From Vulcanimicrobiota bacterium (GTDB lineage: Bacteria > Vulcanimicrobiota > Vulcanimicrobiia > Vulcanimicrobiales > Vulcanimicrobiaceae), in the NCBI GenBank assembly GCA_963815165.1, contig CAWFFL010000002.1, forward strand, positions 289,023-353,022: 64,000 bases of DNA, given 5' to 3'. The translations under genes were made by a program, and so were the position numbers. Each line of letters opens with the position of its first letter. Within the stretch, counting starts at the first letter, position 1. The notes under the pieces were generated by a model. It had not been told where the DNA came from. It ran no database searches and worked only from the letters and a program-made list of their open reading frames with translations. Of the stretch, positions 18,894 through 29,124 are shown piece after piece.

Positions 18894-21095
18894 TTAGGTT
18901 ACGTAGAATGCGCCGGCCGATAGACCGAAGCGAAGATATTCGTCGATACCGATGCCCAAATTCGTAATGCGTTGCGGCTGTTTGAGGAACCAGAACGCTC
19001 CCATTTCGGCGCCGTCCTCTGCTCCGGTCCGCAACGATGCAGAGCTTCGCATCGAAAGCTGCGCGAACCCGGGTTGCCCGAACGCAACGCTGGTAAACTG
19101 AAGTACCGCCGTCGGATCGCTGTCGGTGACGCAGCGGTAACGTCGCGGCGTCGCGGACGCGTTCGGAAGATACGAGTAGCGAATACAACCGGTCTGCTTA
19201 CGCGCGGCAGAGACGACACCCGTGAAGATTGCATCCGATGCCTGGAGCGAACGTACCGTCGTCGTGCCGAATACCGTGATTCCGGAAGCGGTTACATCGG
19301 CGCTGGGTGCCGTGATTGCCGCAGCCGTTGCAAGCGCTGTGCCTCCACTCGAAACGATCGAATCCGTTGCATTGAGCGTTCGCGATAGATTGTCGGCGGG
19401 AAGAACGAGCGGACCGCAGACGATGCGCGTGAGCGTGATTGCGATTCCTTCATTTTCACGGCCGGCGTCGCCGCCGGAGGCGATGGTGAGGCCGCCGGAC
19501 GTCGGCGCGATCGTCGTATGCGAAAGATTCAGTGCTCCGAGCGCGCCTGCCGTCACAGTCAGCGATCCGTCCAGCCAGACGCCGTTCATTCCAAATCCGC
19601 CAGGCGGAAGGCCGGCGGCGCCCGGCGTTCCCACCACTTCAATTGTGCCGCGGATCGTCGGGCGAAGGCCGGCCGGCTCCAGCGCACGTGGGTTGGGTTG
19701 GGTTGCGCTGCTCGCATTGGGCCACGCCGCCGCGATAACGACGAGACCACAACCGGCTGGAATCTTTACCGCCGCGGTGCCGGTGATCTGCTCGACGTAC
19801 GTCGCACTGTCCACGATCGCAATGACGCCGAGCGCACTCGGTTTTCCGTTCCAATCCGCTACTGCCGCGGCCAGCGAGTTATAGACTCGTCCGGGAACAG
19901 CCGTTTCGGTGGCGCTGACGGCAACCTGCCAGGTGACCGCGGGATTTCCGGTCGACGGATCGACGAGCATCGATTCGACCGAATCGCTGCGGTCGTACGG
20001 GCCGCCGCCTAGGTCACCCGAGAATCCATACGCGTACGAAACCTCGACCGAACCTGTTGGTGCGCCGGCCGGAAAGACGAGCCGTCCCAGAACGGGATCG
20101 AGCGTTGCAGTGATGGGCAGCGAGACCGTCGATCCGTCGCTCGATTTCACGTACGTACGTGTCGTTGCAACGGAGCGCCACGTTCCGCTTCCGGCCGGAA
20201 CGTCACTGAGATCGCAGACGCTCAGCTCCAATGGCGATACCGGCTTTCCCGCCACTTGAACGCTCACGACCGGCTCGGTCTCGTTGAAATAATCGAATGC
20301 GGGCGGATTGCCGTCCACATTCGCCTGCCGTGCGGCTTCGAGCTCGAGGTAGAGCGGGAGCCGGCGCAGATAACCGGGTGCATCCGTTTCCAGGGTCCGA
20401 TGCATTTGCGAGTCGTGCGTACGCGCGATATTCGTCAGCGGCGCGTCGAAGCCGAACGGGTTGAACGTGAAGCGCCCGTCTGCCGCCGCGGCCGCGGCAT
20501 GTGGCGCGGCGTTCTCGACAGGATAACTCTGCAAGCGCCAGAGGAAAACGCCGACACCCGGAATATTATAGCGCCCTTGCGAAGCCGCGACCGAACGCAC
20601 GTCGACGGTGCGCGGAGCGTTTTCGAATGGTCCCTCGAGCAGCTGAAGCGACGCTGCGTCACGAACGTTTGCGGTTGCGAGAGTATCGGGCCGAAGATGA
20701 TTGAGGTACTGCGTTGCAGCGAGCAGTCGATAGAACTCGACCGCGCTGGCGGACCAACCGGTGACGTCGGCAGCCAACTGCTCGACCATCGCCGCCGTTC
20801 CCTTTTGCCGCCGATATGCGAGCGCGTGGGCGACGTAGGCGCGCGGCGAAAGCGTTGCGGGCGTCACCGGGCTGAGCGACCTGACGCCTAAGAGATCGGC
20901 GATATACGGAACTACCCAATCGGCACACGTCTCGATGAACCAGTTCTCGTACAATCCGTCCATATCGACGCTGATCGCATCGAGCTCCGATTCGATGACG
21001 GCAAGCAATGCGCGCAAGGGCTCGCCCAGCGCGAAATCGCGAGTGCGATAGATCGACGGCAAGAACTGATAGAGTTTTTCGGAGGCAAGACTCAT
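18894..21095 (-). CDS. gpI-like baseplate/tail-fibre protein with a probable beta-helical C-terminal half
   Basis: LYQFLPSIYRTRD..LLAVIESELDAISVDMDGLYENWFIETCADWVVPYIADLLGV resembles the P2 gpI-type N-domain. The C-terminal half is Gly/Thr/Ala-rich with short periodic strands. The start overlaps the upstream stop as ATGA (21092..21095). Confidence 0.6.
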   Translation of the reverse strand: MSLASEKLYQFLPSIYRTRDFALGEPLRALLAVIESELDAISVDMDGLYENWFIETCADWVVPYIADLLGVRSLSPVTPATLSPRAYVAHALAYRRQKGTAAMVEQLAADVTGWSASAVEFYRLLAATQYLNHLRPDTLATANVRDAASLQLLEGPFENAPRTVDVRSVAASQGRYNIPGVGVFLWRLQSYPVENAAPHAAAAAADGRFTFNPFGFDAPLTNIARTHDSQMHRTLETDAPGYLRRLPLYLELEAARQANVDGNPPAFDYFNETEPVVSVQVAGKPVSPLELSVCDLSDVPAGSGTWRSVATTRTYVKSSDGSTVSLPITATLDPVLGRLVFPAGAPTGSVEVSYAYGFSGDLGGGPYDRSDSVESMLVDPSTGNPAVTWQVAVSATETAVPGRVYNSLAAAVADWNGKPSALGVIAIVDSATYVEQITGTAAVKIPAGCGLVVIAAAWPNASSATQPNPRALEPAGLRPTIRGTIEVVGTPGAAGLPPGGFGMNGVWLDGSLTVTAGALGALNLSHTTIAPTSGGLTIASGGDAGRENEGIAITLTRIVCGPLVLPADNLSRTLNATDSIVSSGGTALATAAAITAPSADVTASGITVFGTTTVRSLQASDAIFTGVVSAARKQTGCIRYSYLPNASATPRRYRCVTDSDPTAVLQFTSVAFGQPGFAQLSMRSSASLRTGAEDGAEMGAFWFLKQPQRITNLGIGIDEYLRFGLSAGAFYVT

Positions 21096-24013
21096 GGCGA
21101 CATCTCAGTCACGGTGATGCCGGCGGGGTTGATGTAGAGCAGTTGCGCCGCGACGATCCCGCTCGCCCCGACCGTCACGCCGGCCGACTGGAGAACCGTC
21201 GGCGGCTCCGTCGAAGCGCTCGGCGGAGGATCCGTACTGATATAGAGCTGCGAGACGTCGCTCGCTATTACGCCCGGCACCGCCGCGATTGCCGCGACGA
21301 TTTCTGCCGTAGAGACCGGTTGTCCGAACGCTCGCTGCTGCCATCCGAATCGCGACAATAGCGCCGGACCAATTGCCGAAAGAACGTCCTGAGCAACGAA
21401 TGCGGGATCCGGCAAAACGGAGACCGTCACGCTAAAGAGCGTGGGCAAGAACGATCCGACGAGGAACGTCTGCGCCGGATCGCCGGCGTTAGCAATCGCC
21501 GCGTTCAGACTAAGGTATAAGGCCGATGTCGGATCGATCGGCGACCCGTCAGCAGCAGCGACGGTGAGATAGACGATTTGTTTGTGTCCGGACCAAAGCG
21601 CCACTGCCTGCGCCTTCCCGACCCCAGCGAACGTTGTCGCAAAGTTCTCATAATCTTCGATCGAAACGATCCGATCGAGCGTCAAAACCGTCAGCGGTGC
21701 GTTCTGCCGCGCGTCGGCAAGGCTTTGAGGATCCGCGGCGCCGCTCGCGGCCACGGAGTTCGTGACGCTTCGAACCCCAACAGGGATCGTTTGCAAGAGC
21801 GTAATGGTACCGGCAGCGACGTTACCGGGAAGGCCGATTCCGGTCCGGTAGACCGCCTTGACGTTCTGCGTGCCGCTGGGAAGACGCGCACCGACGACGC
21901 CGTCGCCGGCCTCTACCGTCGTCGTGCCATCATCCTCGCGGCGGACGACGAACGACCGATCCGCCGGTCCAAGACCGTAGAGCGTCGGCACCTCGGACCA
22001 CACCAGGCCGTTGACCTGCACCGAAAGCGTGCTCTGCGCACCGTCGGCGTTTGACGCGGCTACATACGTTAATGGAGGTCGCTTGAGAGTGAACGTTTGA
22101 TTCGGCGTTGCGGAGTTTCCACTACCAAGGACTTCGTTCACCGTTTCACCGTTGGTCGACGAAACGGTGTTCGCGTTGATCGTCATCGTCGCGCGTGTAT
22201 ACGTGTTGACGAGCTGGTTTTGGAAGAGCAGTGTCGTGTAATCACCGCTATGCACGATGTCGCTCAGTAAGGCGACCTCCGCCGCAGGGACTCCCGCGGG
22301 ATCGGACTGCGTTCCGGTTATCGCAACGGGTTGGCCCGACTGCAGCCCCAGAACCAGCGAGTCGAGCATCACCTGCGAAGGATGGTCGTCGATGTCGTCA
22401 GCGATCGGAATGTCGGCGGGTGTCATCGGAAGACTTCCGACGAAGGCCGTCGTCGTCCGGAATCCGAGCGCGGGAAGAGTCGATATGTCACTCACACCGT
22501 CGAGCTCTTTCAGTTCGAGTGACGTGACGCGGCCGCTCATTGCAAAGTCTGCGACGGAACGATCGCGTGCGATACTGATGGCGTAGACGGAGACTGCACC
22601 GGTCGTCTCATCCTCGAGGACGGCCCACCCGCCGCCGACGGCCTCGGGAACGGATCGTTCCAGGTATACCGTCGCCGGAGGTGTTGTGCCCGACGCGGCA
22701 ATCGCACCGTACGGGTCTCCCAAGAGCTTCGTTCCGGACGAGTCGTGCCAGATATCCGGCGGATTCGTATCCCAGTCGATACCCTTAAGTCCGGTTTGCT
22801 GCGAGGACGAAAGCATCGCGACCTGCTGTGCATTTGCGCCGAAAAACGCGACCCGCGTCCGCAACGTGAATATGCCTTGATTTATCGTGACTCTCGGCAG
22901 CGGCGGAAATCTGGAAGCGATGATGTACCTGCGCGGGCTGACCCGGTATCGGGCCAACACTGCCTGAACCACTTCCTCCGACACGACGCTGGTCGAGAGT
23001 TGACTTCGGACGGATGAGAGGCTATCGGTGAAGGTAGTGCCGGCGAAGGGGGTCCTCTCCTCGAAGAACGTCTTACCTACGTCGAAGTATGGATCGATAC
23101 GGTAGATCGGCTTGAACTTCGGCGTAATGGGCTGAGGGGCGAGATTTACAGCAGTCGTACCGGCAACGGAATCCTCCGTAACCGCGTACACGAACTCGAC
23201 GACGGCTTGAATGCCGGCGCTGGATGAAACTCCAACGAAAAGCATCCGGTCGCCGCTGCGGATGTTCAGCGAGGTTCCGGCTAAAAAAATCTGATCGGCG
23301 GGCCGCGCGCTGATAGAAGATAGCGTTCCATCGACGACGGTTGTATCGAAGAGCGGATAAATGTTGGCGAAGTCCGACGGGTCGATGCTGAAGGCGTCCG
23401 ACGTCGAGTAACTCGTCGTCAATCCCAGTGAAATTAGCTCCCAGGAGCCGTTGACGTGATAGAGCGCGAGATCTTGGGGCTGGGTCTGCCTGGGCTGCAC
23501 CCCGTTCCATGCGGCCTGCGCCGAGATGTCGTTCGAAGTCTCGAACATCTGCGGCAGCGCACCCTGAGGCGGCACACTCTGGACTTTTGTGCCGGCGGGA
23601 ATCGTCACGCCTCCGTTGTTGGCAACGTGATCTTGGACCGTGAACGATAGATACGCGCTCGCCGCGACCCCTGGTGCGAGTTCGTAGCCGATTGCGCGCG
23701 CCAGGGCGAGCACCGACCGGCGCTCGGTGGCCGTCCGCAAGAATCCCTCGTTGGCGATGCGCTCTTGATAAAATGTCAGGACATCCGCCAGCGTAGCGGC
23801 CGCGTCGATGAGCGCGATGGCCGGGTCGTTGGACCCACGCGTCGTTAGCGCGGCGAGGGGACGTGTTCCCGCGTTCGGCCCGTCGGCGATTTCTTGGCAG
23901 TGAATGCGGTCGAGCATCTGCACCAGGAACGAAGAGTACGTTCCAAGCCGATATGAGAGCGCCGGAAGCCCCGGAGCGTTGACTGGCGCAGGCTCGGCCG
24001 GAACGCCGTTCAC
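21092..24013 (-). CDS. large baseplate wedge protein (Afp12-like, gpJ-like core)
   Basis: 973 aa. SIEDYENFATTFAGVGKAQAVALWSGHKQIVYLTVAA is a Baseplate_J-type motif. The start overlaps the upstream stop as GTGA. Confidence 0.7.
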   Translation of the reverse strand: MNGVPAEPAPVNAPGLPALSYRLGTYSSFLVQMLDRIHCQEIADGPNAGTRPLAALTTRGSNDPAIALIDAAATLADVLTFYQERIANEGFLRTATERRSVLALARAIGYELAPGVAASAYLSFTVQDHVANNGGVTIPAGTKVQSVPPQGALPQMFETSNDISAQAAWNGVQPRQTQPQDLALYHVNGSWELISLGLTTSYSTSDAFSIDPSDFANIYPLFDTTVVDGTLSSISARPADQIFLAGTSLNIRSGDRMLFVGVSSSAGIQAVVEFVYAVTEDSVAGTTAVNLAPQPITPKFKPIYRIDPYFDVGKTFFEERTPFAGTTFTDSLSSVRSQLSTSVVSEEVVQAVLARYRVSPRRYIIASRFPPLPRVTINQGIFTLRTRVAFFGANAQQVAMLSSSQQTGLKGIDWDTNPPDIWHDSSGTKLLGDPYGAIAASGTTPPATVYLERSVPEAVGGGWAVLEDETTGAVSVYAISIARDRSVADFAMSGRVTSLELKELDGVSDISTLPALGFRTTTAFVGSLPMTPADIPIADDIDDHPSQVMLDSLVLGLQSGQPVAITGTQSDPAGVPAAEVALLSDIVHSGDYTTLLFQNQLVNTYTRATMTINANTVSSTNGETVNEVLGSGNSATPNQTFTLKRPPLTYVAASNADGAQSTLSVQVNGLVWSEVPTLYGLGPADRSFVVRREDDGTTTVEAGDGVVGARLPSGTQNVKAVYRTGIGLPGNVAAGTITLLQTIPVGVRSVTNSVAASGAADPQSLADARQNAPLTVLTLDRIVSIEDYENFATTFAGVGKAQAVALWSGHKQIVYLTVAAADGSPIDPTSALYLSLNAAIANAGDPAQTFLVGSFLPTLFSVTVSVLPDPAFVAQDVLSAIGPALLSRFGWQQRAFGQPVSTAEIVAAIAAVPGVIASDVSQLYISTDPPPSASTEPPTVLQSAGVTVGASGIVAAQLLYINPAGITVTEMSP

Positions 24014-26454
24014 TCGGCCGTCTCCATAATGAAGTCGATCACTCCGTTCTCGGGCGCGTTGGGATCGTTATCGAGGCGCGCGATCTCGAGCGGCGCCATC
24101 GTAATCTTTCCGGCTGCCGTCTCTCCGCGTGGTGCGCGCCCGTATCGCAGAAAATGATTTGCCGACGATGTAACGTCGTTCGTGTCGATCCAAAGGACAC
24201 CCGGAACCGCCATCGCCGTTGCGATGATTTGACTCAAGTAGACCGAATCACCGAATCCGAAGTTGTCGGGGTAGAAAAAACCGCGCTGGCCGTTGGGCAA
24301 AATGCGGTTGCTAAAGGTATCGAGCAGCGCCAGACGCACGGCGGATGGGTCGTAGCCCGGCTCGACGCAAATGCTAAAGACCATGTCGAGCGGCACGTAG
24401 GCCGGGGCCTCGATTTCGACGTCGTAACCGGCGAGCCGAAAGCCTTCGAGATATTCTCGGATCGCAGCTTTGAAGTTCACATCGACCGGAAGACCTGCCA
24501 TACGCTCCACGCTGACGAAGACCGTGTACCACGAGCCCGTCCACCGCACGGTTCCGCGCGCCTGAAGCACGCCGGGAAAGCCTTGTGCGACCGTGGCGTA
24601 ATCGGCCGGAGTGACCGCGCGCTGCTGCGTTCGGAAGGCTTGCGGAGCGTATGCGCGCACCTGATCGAGCGTTTCGGGATCCGTTCCTCCCGAAGCCGGA
24701 AGCGGATTGCGAATGTGTGCGACCCCTGCAACAGGAGCGATTGCGGCGACGATTGCTTCTGCACCGACGTTTCCCATCGAACCGTTGCCGACGCGATATC
24801 GCGCGACAAGGCCACTCGCGGGGGGAGCACCTAGAGTGCCGTCGCCAAAGCGCAGCGTTGCGGTTCCGTCGTCTTCGGTCTCGACGACGAAATCGCGCGC
24901 GTTGGGCCCGCTCTCGAGCAGCGTCGGCTGCGCGGACCATGCGCCGGTCGGCCCGGTCAATCGAACCTGCGGCAGCGCTGCTCGCGGATCCGCGAGCGCG
25001 GCCGAAGCGGCGGGTTGCGTCAGCGCGAGGCCTGCGTCATAGGGTACCGCAAACGTGATGCCCGTCTGCGCCAGTATGGGACGATACGGAGTTCCCAGCA
25101 TAACGGTCGCCGGCGATAACGGCTCAGCAAGTTGCGTGAGGCCCTGGTCGGCGAGCACGACGTTTCCGCGTGCAACGGTTACATTTGGAACGGGAGCGCC
25201 GCTCTGCGGATCGAGGATCGAAAGGCAGAGCGTAAAGGGCAGTGCATCGCCGGCGGCCCAGGCGATATTAACGACCGGAGTGCCATCGACCGGATCGGTT
25301 GTGGATGATATGGACGTTAAACGAACGGCGCAGCGATGCGACGGATCGGCGTCGGCCGCCACACCGGTCGCGGGACCGAGGACTTCTTCAAATATCAAGA
25401 CGTCGCCGGGAACGAGCTTGAGCGTATTGCCGGGATTCGCCAGCGTCGCGCTGGTGGAGCCCTGCGGCAGACAGCACGCCTCGTCACTCCAGGTGTAGAA
25501 CATCATCGTGTCGTGTGCGGCGTGTAACGTCACGTCGTCCATCGTCTCGAACGCGACGGGCGTGCTGCCGGGGGCCAAAAGCGCAAATCCGGGCGCACCG
25601 GGAATTGGACCCTTGAGCGTTACGCCCTCCGCGGCGCCGCTACCGTCAAGCGAAAAGCAAACCCACGCGCGCGCGTTGCAACCGTCGTGCATCGGATAGT
25701 CGAGCAGGCGGGCATGCCGCCGGACCGAGATGCGGCGTCGCGCCGTTCCGAGGTATGCCTCGGTGGCAACCGCGTCCTGATAGTAACTCAGCCGATCGGC
25801 GTAATAGGCAATCGTTTCGACGAGCGCGACTCCAACATCCGGAATATCGCTCGCCGGCCACTGCGGCATCGTCACGCTCATGCGATCGAGCATGAGTTGC
25901 CGAAAGCTTTCGTAATCTTTGGCCAGGTAATCGATCTGCGGCGATGGGCCTTGCGGTTGCGTCGGGGGCTGCGTCGTCGCACAATCGAAATCGCTTGGAC
26001 AATCGACCTTGAACGAAAATCTCACCGCGCTCGACATCGGGTCGAAGGCGAGCGGCGGCGCCGACGTCGGAGGCGGCGGCCCCGTCAAGGTCAGCGTGTA
26101 CGTGGAGAAATCGCCCGTGGCGCTGGTCCGAACGACGAGAACGTTCGGCGCGTCGGAGAGCGTCTTGACGTAGGTATCGAGCGCGGCTTCGACGCCGGCA
26201 GGTGCCGTTGCCGAAGCCTGGTAGGCCCAGACGACGTTGATTCCCGTAATCCGAACCCCGCCCGAGATCGTCGCATTGGCCACGCCGAGCCCCGACGCCG
26301 TTTGCAGCAAATGCACGAGCAGCGTTTGTTGCGGCGGCGTACCGGCGGGTGCGCCGCTGTCCAATACTTCCAGATAGTCGATCCCATTGAGATGCGTGTT
26401 TTCGAGCACCGCGTCGCGACGCTTGGGTATCGTACAAACGTATTGCGTCGTCAT
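24010..26454 (-). CDS. baseplate J / gp6-like wedge protein (Afp11-like)
   Basis: 814 aa. VTPADYATVAQGFPGVLQARGTVRWTGSWYTVFVSVE is a Baseplate_J-type motif. It sits immediately after the gp25 gene. Confidence 0.75.
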   Translation of the reverse strand: MTTQYVCTIPKRRDAVLENTHLNGIDYLEVLDSGAPAGTPPQQTLLVHLLQTASGLGVANATISGGVRITGINVVWAYQASATAPAGVEAALDTYVKTLSDAPNVLVVRTSATGDFSTYTLTLTGPPPPTSAPPLAFDPMSSAVRFSFKVDCPSDFDCATTQPPTQPQGPSPQIDYLAKDYESFRQLMLDRMSVTMPQWPASDIPDVGVALVETIAYYADRLSYYQDAVATEAYLGTARRRISVRRHARLLDYPMHDGCNARAWVCFSLDGSGAAEGVTLKGPIPGAPGFALLAPGSTPVAFETMDDVTLHAAHDTMMFYTWSDEACCLPQGSTSATLANPGNTLKLVPGDVLIFEEVLGPATGVAADADPSHRCAVRLTSISSTTDPVDGTPVVNIAWAAGDALPFTLCLSILDPQSGAPVPNVTVARGNVVLADQGLTQLAEPLSPATVMLGTPYRPILAQTGITFAVPYDAGLALTQPAASAALADPRAALPQVRLTGPTGAWSAQPTLLESGPNARDFVVETEDDGTATLRFGDGTLGAPPASGLVARYRVGNGSMGNVGAEAIVAAIAPVAGVAHIRNPLPASGGTDPETLDQVRAYAPQAFRTQQRAVTPADYATVAQGFPGVLQARGTVRWTGSWYTVFVSVERMAGLPVDVNFKAAIREYLEGFRLAGYDVEIEAPAYVPLDMVFSICVEPGYDPSAVRLALLDTFSNRILPNGQRGFFYPDNFGFGDSVYLSQIIATAMAVPGVLWIDTNDVTSSANHFLRYGRAPRGETAAGKITMAPLEIARLDNDPNAPENGVIDFIMETAE

Positions 26455-26455
26455 G

Positions 26456-26815
26456 TTAGATACCGCGCGTGAACTGCGCCGTCACCGAACCCGGCGCGTT
26501 CTTGTTTGAATATTGAACCCAGACCGAGAGGGTCGATCCTTCGATCGCAATCTCGACACCCTCGACGCGAATGACCGTGCCGACCCATTGCTGGAGCGCT
26601 CCTTGAACGGCGAACTGCAATGCCGATGCCAACTCGACGCTATTGGGCGCAAAGACGAGCTGCATCAATCCACTGCCGAAAGTCGGCCGATTTATGCGCT
26701 CGCCCGGCGACGTGAAGAGCAACTGCTCGATCATGTCGCGTACGTGCTGATCGTCTGTCGCGGTCGCCGTGCGTCCGGTACGATCGATCGCGAAAGGATA
26801 GGCGATCTGGCTCAC
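26456..26815 (-). CDS. GPW/gp25-like baseplate protein (Afp9-like)
   Basis: VSQIAYPFAIDRTGRTATATDDQHVRDMIEQLLFTSPGERINRPTFGSGL is typical of gp25. I set the start at GTG 26815, which overlaps the PAAR stop as GTGA. The longer ORF-track start at 27091 would run through the PAAR gene. Confidence 0.8.
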   Translation of the reverse strand: MSQIAYPFAIDRTGRTATATDDQHVRDMIEQLLFTSPGERINRPTFGSGLMQLVFAPNSVELASALQFAVQGALQQWVGTVIRVEGVEIAIEGSTLSVWVQYSNKNAPGSVTAQFTRGI

Positions 26816-27129
26816 GTCGCGACGACCCTCGGCTGAACCGTGATGGGCAAGAGCGGCGTGCCGGTCGGAACGCAGGTAGCGACGCCGGTCGCGATGCAGA
26901 ACGGACCGCCGGCCGCCATCACGCGCACGCTTCCCACTGTCCACTGCGCCGTCGCGCATGGTCCTCCGGCATTGGGCGGGAATGGACAAGCGGCGACCGC
27001 GTACTGGCTGGAGATCAACACGGCGGGCTGACCGCTGAGCATGACGCGCGGATACGGTACGATCGGCTGAGCCATCCCACCGTGCACGCACTGTACCACG
27101 GCCCCGACGTGGAGCATCGGTCCCGGCAT
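26812..27129 (-). CDS. PAAR-like spike-tip protein (Afp10-like)
   Basis: 105 aa, Gly/Pro/Cys-rich (VQCVHGG, ACPFPPNAGGPCA, PFCIATGVATCVPTG). It lies between the spike and gp25 genes and overlaps the spike stop as TAATG. Confidence 0.6.
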   Translation of the reverse strand: MPGPMLHVGAVVQCVHGGMAQPIVPYPRVMLSGQPAVLISSQYAVAACPFPPNAGGPCATAQWTVGSVRVMAAGGPFCIATGVATCVPTGTPLLPITVQPRVVAT

Positions 27130-27641
27130 TACGTGATCACCAGCGCGCCCGCGTTGACCGTCACGGTCGGTCCGACCATGATGATACTGGCACCCTTGCC
27201 GTTTTGAATGTAAATTCCGGTATCGTTCACGATGAGCGAAGCACCCGTCGTGCTCTTGAGCATGATGCCGCCGGTCGGTCCCGGCACGTCACTGATCAGT
27301 ATGCCATTTTGGAGAACCGTTTGCAGCGCAATCGAGGGAATGGGCGGAGGCGCGATCCGCGTTAGCACCGGGACGTCGGCTTCGCCCATGAAGCAACCCA
27401 TCCAGACCGGATAATCCGGATCACCCTGTTCGAACATGACGAAGACTCCGGCATCGATCGGTGGGACGGCGATGACACCGGTCTGCAAACCGGCCATCGG
27501 AAAGCACGGCATCGCCCAACTCGTGGGAATCACCCCCGAGACGTCCGTGACCGTAACCATGAGCCGCCCGAGGAACATTGGATCGACGTTGTTGAGAACG
27601 GTTCCGCGATAGATGCCCTCATATTTCTTTGCGACGCTCAT
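27129..27641 (-). CDS. gpV/VgrG-like spike protein (Afp8-like)
   Basis: MSVAKKYEGIYRGTVLNNVDPMFLGRLMVTVTDVSG..FEQGDPDYPVWMGCF fits the gp5/gpV OB-fold pattern. The start at ATG 27641 overlaps the gpD stop as ATGA. Confidence 0.75.
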   Translation of the reverse strand: MSVAKKYEGIYRGTVLNNVDPMFLGRLMVTVTDVSGVIPTSWAMPCFPMAGLQTGVIAVPPIDAGVFVMFEQGDPDYPVWMGCFMGEADVPVLTRIAPPPIPSIALQTVLQNGILISDVPGPTGGIMLKSTTGASLIVNDTGIYIQNGKGASIIMVGPTVTVNAGALVIT

Positions 27642-28762
27642 GTGGGTACGCTCGAAACCGTTGATAGCAAACCGTTGCGGGTCAGCGTGAAATCCTGTTT
27701 GTGCTCGCCGCGCTTTATGTGATGCGTGACGCTTTGGACGTAGTGAAGGCCGTCGAACGCCGGCCCCGCGCCGCGCACGCCCACGAGCTCCCCGCAATGT
27801 AAGAGCCGTCCGTAGCGCGTTACGTCAAGCGTGCCCGTTCCCGTTACGGCATCGGCGCTGCGCGCGGCTTTAGCCAATCCGATCAGCACGGCGGCGATCG
27901 GCGAATCCTTGGCGGTTTCGTCGATCGTGTCGAGATGCGTCGGGATCGGCGGAATCGCGCCGAGCGGCGGATTGAGCGGCGTTATGTCGGGAATCGGTAT
28001 AGGAATCGGTATCTTGGTCGTCGGTTCCTGAATGTAGACGATCGGGAAGCCCTTTTTGCGGTTGTTGAACCGAAAACTCAGCGACTCGACGTTGGTTTCG
28101 AAGTCCATATTGATGTTGAGCGCAGGCTGGGCCGGCGTCAACTTATTATCGGGTCCCCAGTACGCTACGCTTTGGCCGGGCATCGGACCGGGCCTCACGT
28201 AAAAGACGTAGCCTACGTCGTCGGCAAGTTTTCGCAGGTACGAGAGATCCGTTCCCTGATGACGAGGAATGCGGTCGGTCGGAATCGGCACGTCGATCAT
28301 TATGCTCGGAATGACGACCGGCGTAATTCCGAGGAAGATGTACTTCGCGAGGATGATCGCGACGCGCGCTTCCGCTGGCATCGCCGGGTACGGCAACCCG
28401 TCGAAGGGGATGAGATCCATTACCGACGTGAGATCGTCGCCCGTGACGGTTAACGTAGCAAAACCGTCCTTACCGCTGCTGATCTCCTGGTTGGTGATCA
28501 TCCCGTCCATCAGCACTTCGGCGCTGCCGTTGAGCGTCGCGACGAGCACGACGCGCATGATTGGCAGCGATGCGCCGCCTGATAAAAGGAAGATGGTCTG
28601 GAGCGGGGAGTCTACGGAGAGCTCAAACGTCAGCTGGAAGCCACTTCGATCGGCGGCCGAGCGCGTGACTTGGACGCTTTGCAAGGCGTCGATCACGTCG
28701 CTCGAGACCGCCATCGGCTCGACCGGCCCGATCATCAGATTCAGCTGCGTCCCGCTAAGCAC
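27638..28762 (-). CDS. phage late control gene D-like baseplate hub (Afp7-like)
   Basis: 374 aa. The C-terminus HYVQSVTHHIKRGEHKQDFTLTRNGL is typical of gpD-family hubs, and the gene sits directly before the spike gene. Confidence 0.7.
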   Translation of the reverse strand: MLSGTQLNLMIGPVEPMAVSSDVIDALQSVQVTRSAADRSGFQLTFELSVDSPLQTIFLLSGGASLPIMRVVLVATLNGSAEVLMDGMITNQEISSGKDGFATLTVTGDDLTSVMDLIPFDGLPYPAMPAEARVAIILAKYIFLGITPVVIPSIMIDVPIPTDRIPRHQGTDLSYLRKLADDVGYVFYVRPGPMPGQSVAYWGPDNKLTPAQPALNINMDFETNVESLSFRFNNRKKGFPIVYIQEPTTKIPIPIPIPDITPLNPPLGAIPPIPTHLDTIDETAKDSPIAAVLIGLAKAARSADAVTGTGTLDVTRYGRLLHCGELVGVRGAGPAFDGLHYVQSVTHHIKRGEHKQDFTLTRNGLLSTVSSVPT

Positions 28763-29124
28763 TTTTCGTTCCCGGAACGCCGAGGGGAAGCGGAATGACG
28801 AGCGCGCGTCCGATCGTTTCGGTCAGCTCGTCGGGGCGCATGACGTTGTTGGCGTCGCAGAGCTGCCAAAATTGTTCGGGATCGCCGATCGTCTGTGCGG
28901 CAATCGTGTCGTCACGATCGCCCTGCATGACGACGTAGGTCTGCGCCACGGAGTACGCCGACGCCTGTGGAATGAATCGCCGAGTAACGTATGTGACGAT
29001 CGTACCATCGGCGAGCGTCATCGTTGCAGTCGCAATTGTGATAGTAGCGACTGGACGGCGAGAAGAGCGGCACTTGCCCCGCCACACCGAAGAGCGCTTG
29101 GAGCGCTCGCATCGGATCCGTCAT
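28755..29124 (-). CDS. LysM/gpX-like protein (frame broken once)
   Basis: The start ATG 29124 overlaps the upstream stop as ATGA. MTDPMRALQALFGVAGQVPLFSPSSRYY is in one frame. TIATATMTLADGTIVTYVTRRFIPQ..YVVMQGDRDDTIAAQTIGDPEQFWQLCDANNV (LysM-like) is in the next frame. The break is near 29036..29046. Confidence 0.6.

Noticed and set aside
26816-27091. N-terminal extension of the gp25 ORF (the ORF-track start at 27091)
   Set aside because: The extension is Arg-rich and runs through the PAAR gene in another frame. GTG 26815 overlaps the PAAR stop (GTGA) and gives the canonical gp25 N-terminus.
27642-27797. N-terminal extension of the spike ORF
   Set aside because: It is Arg-rich and overlaps the gpD gene. 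ATG 27641 overlaps the gpD stop as ATGA and yields a typical gpV/VgrG start.
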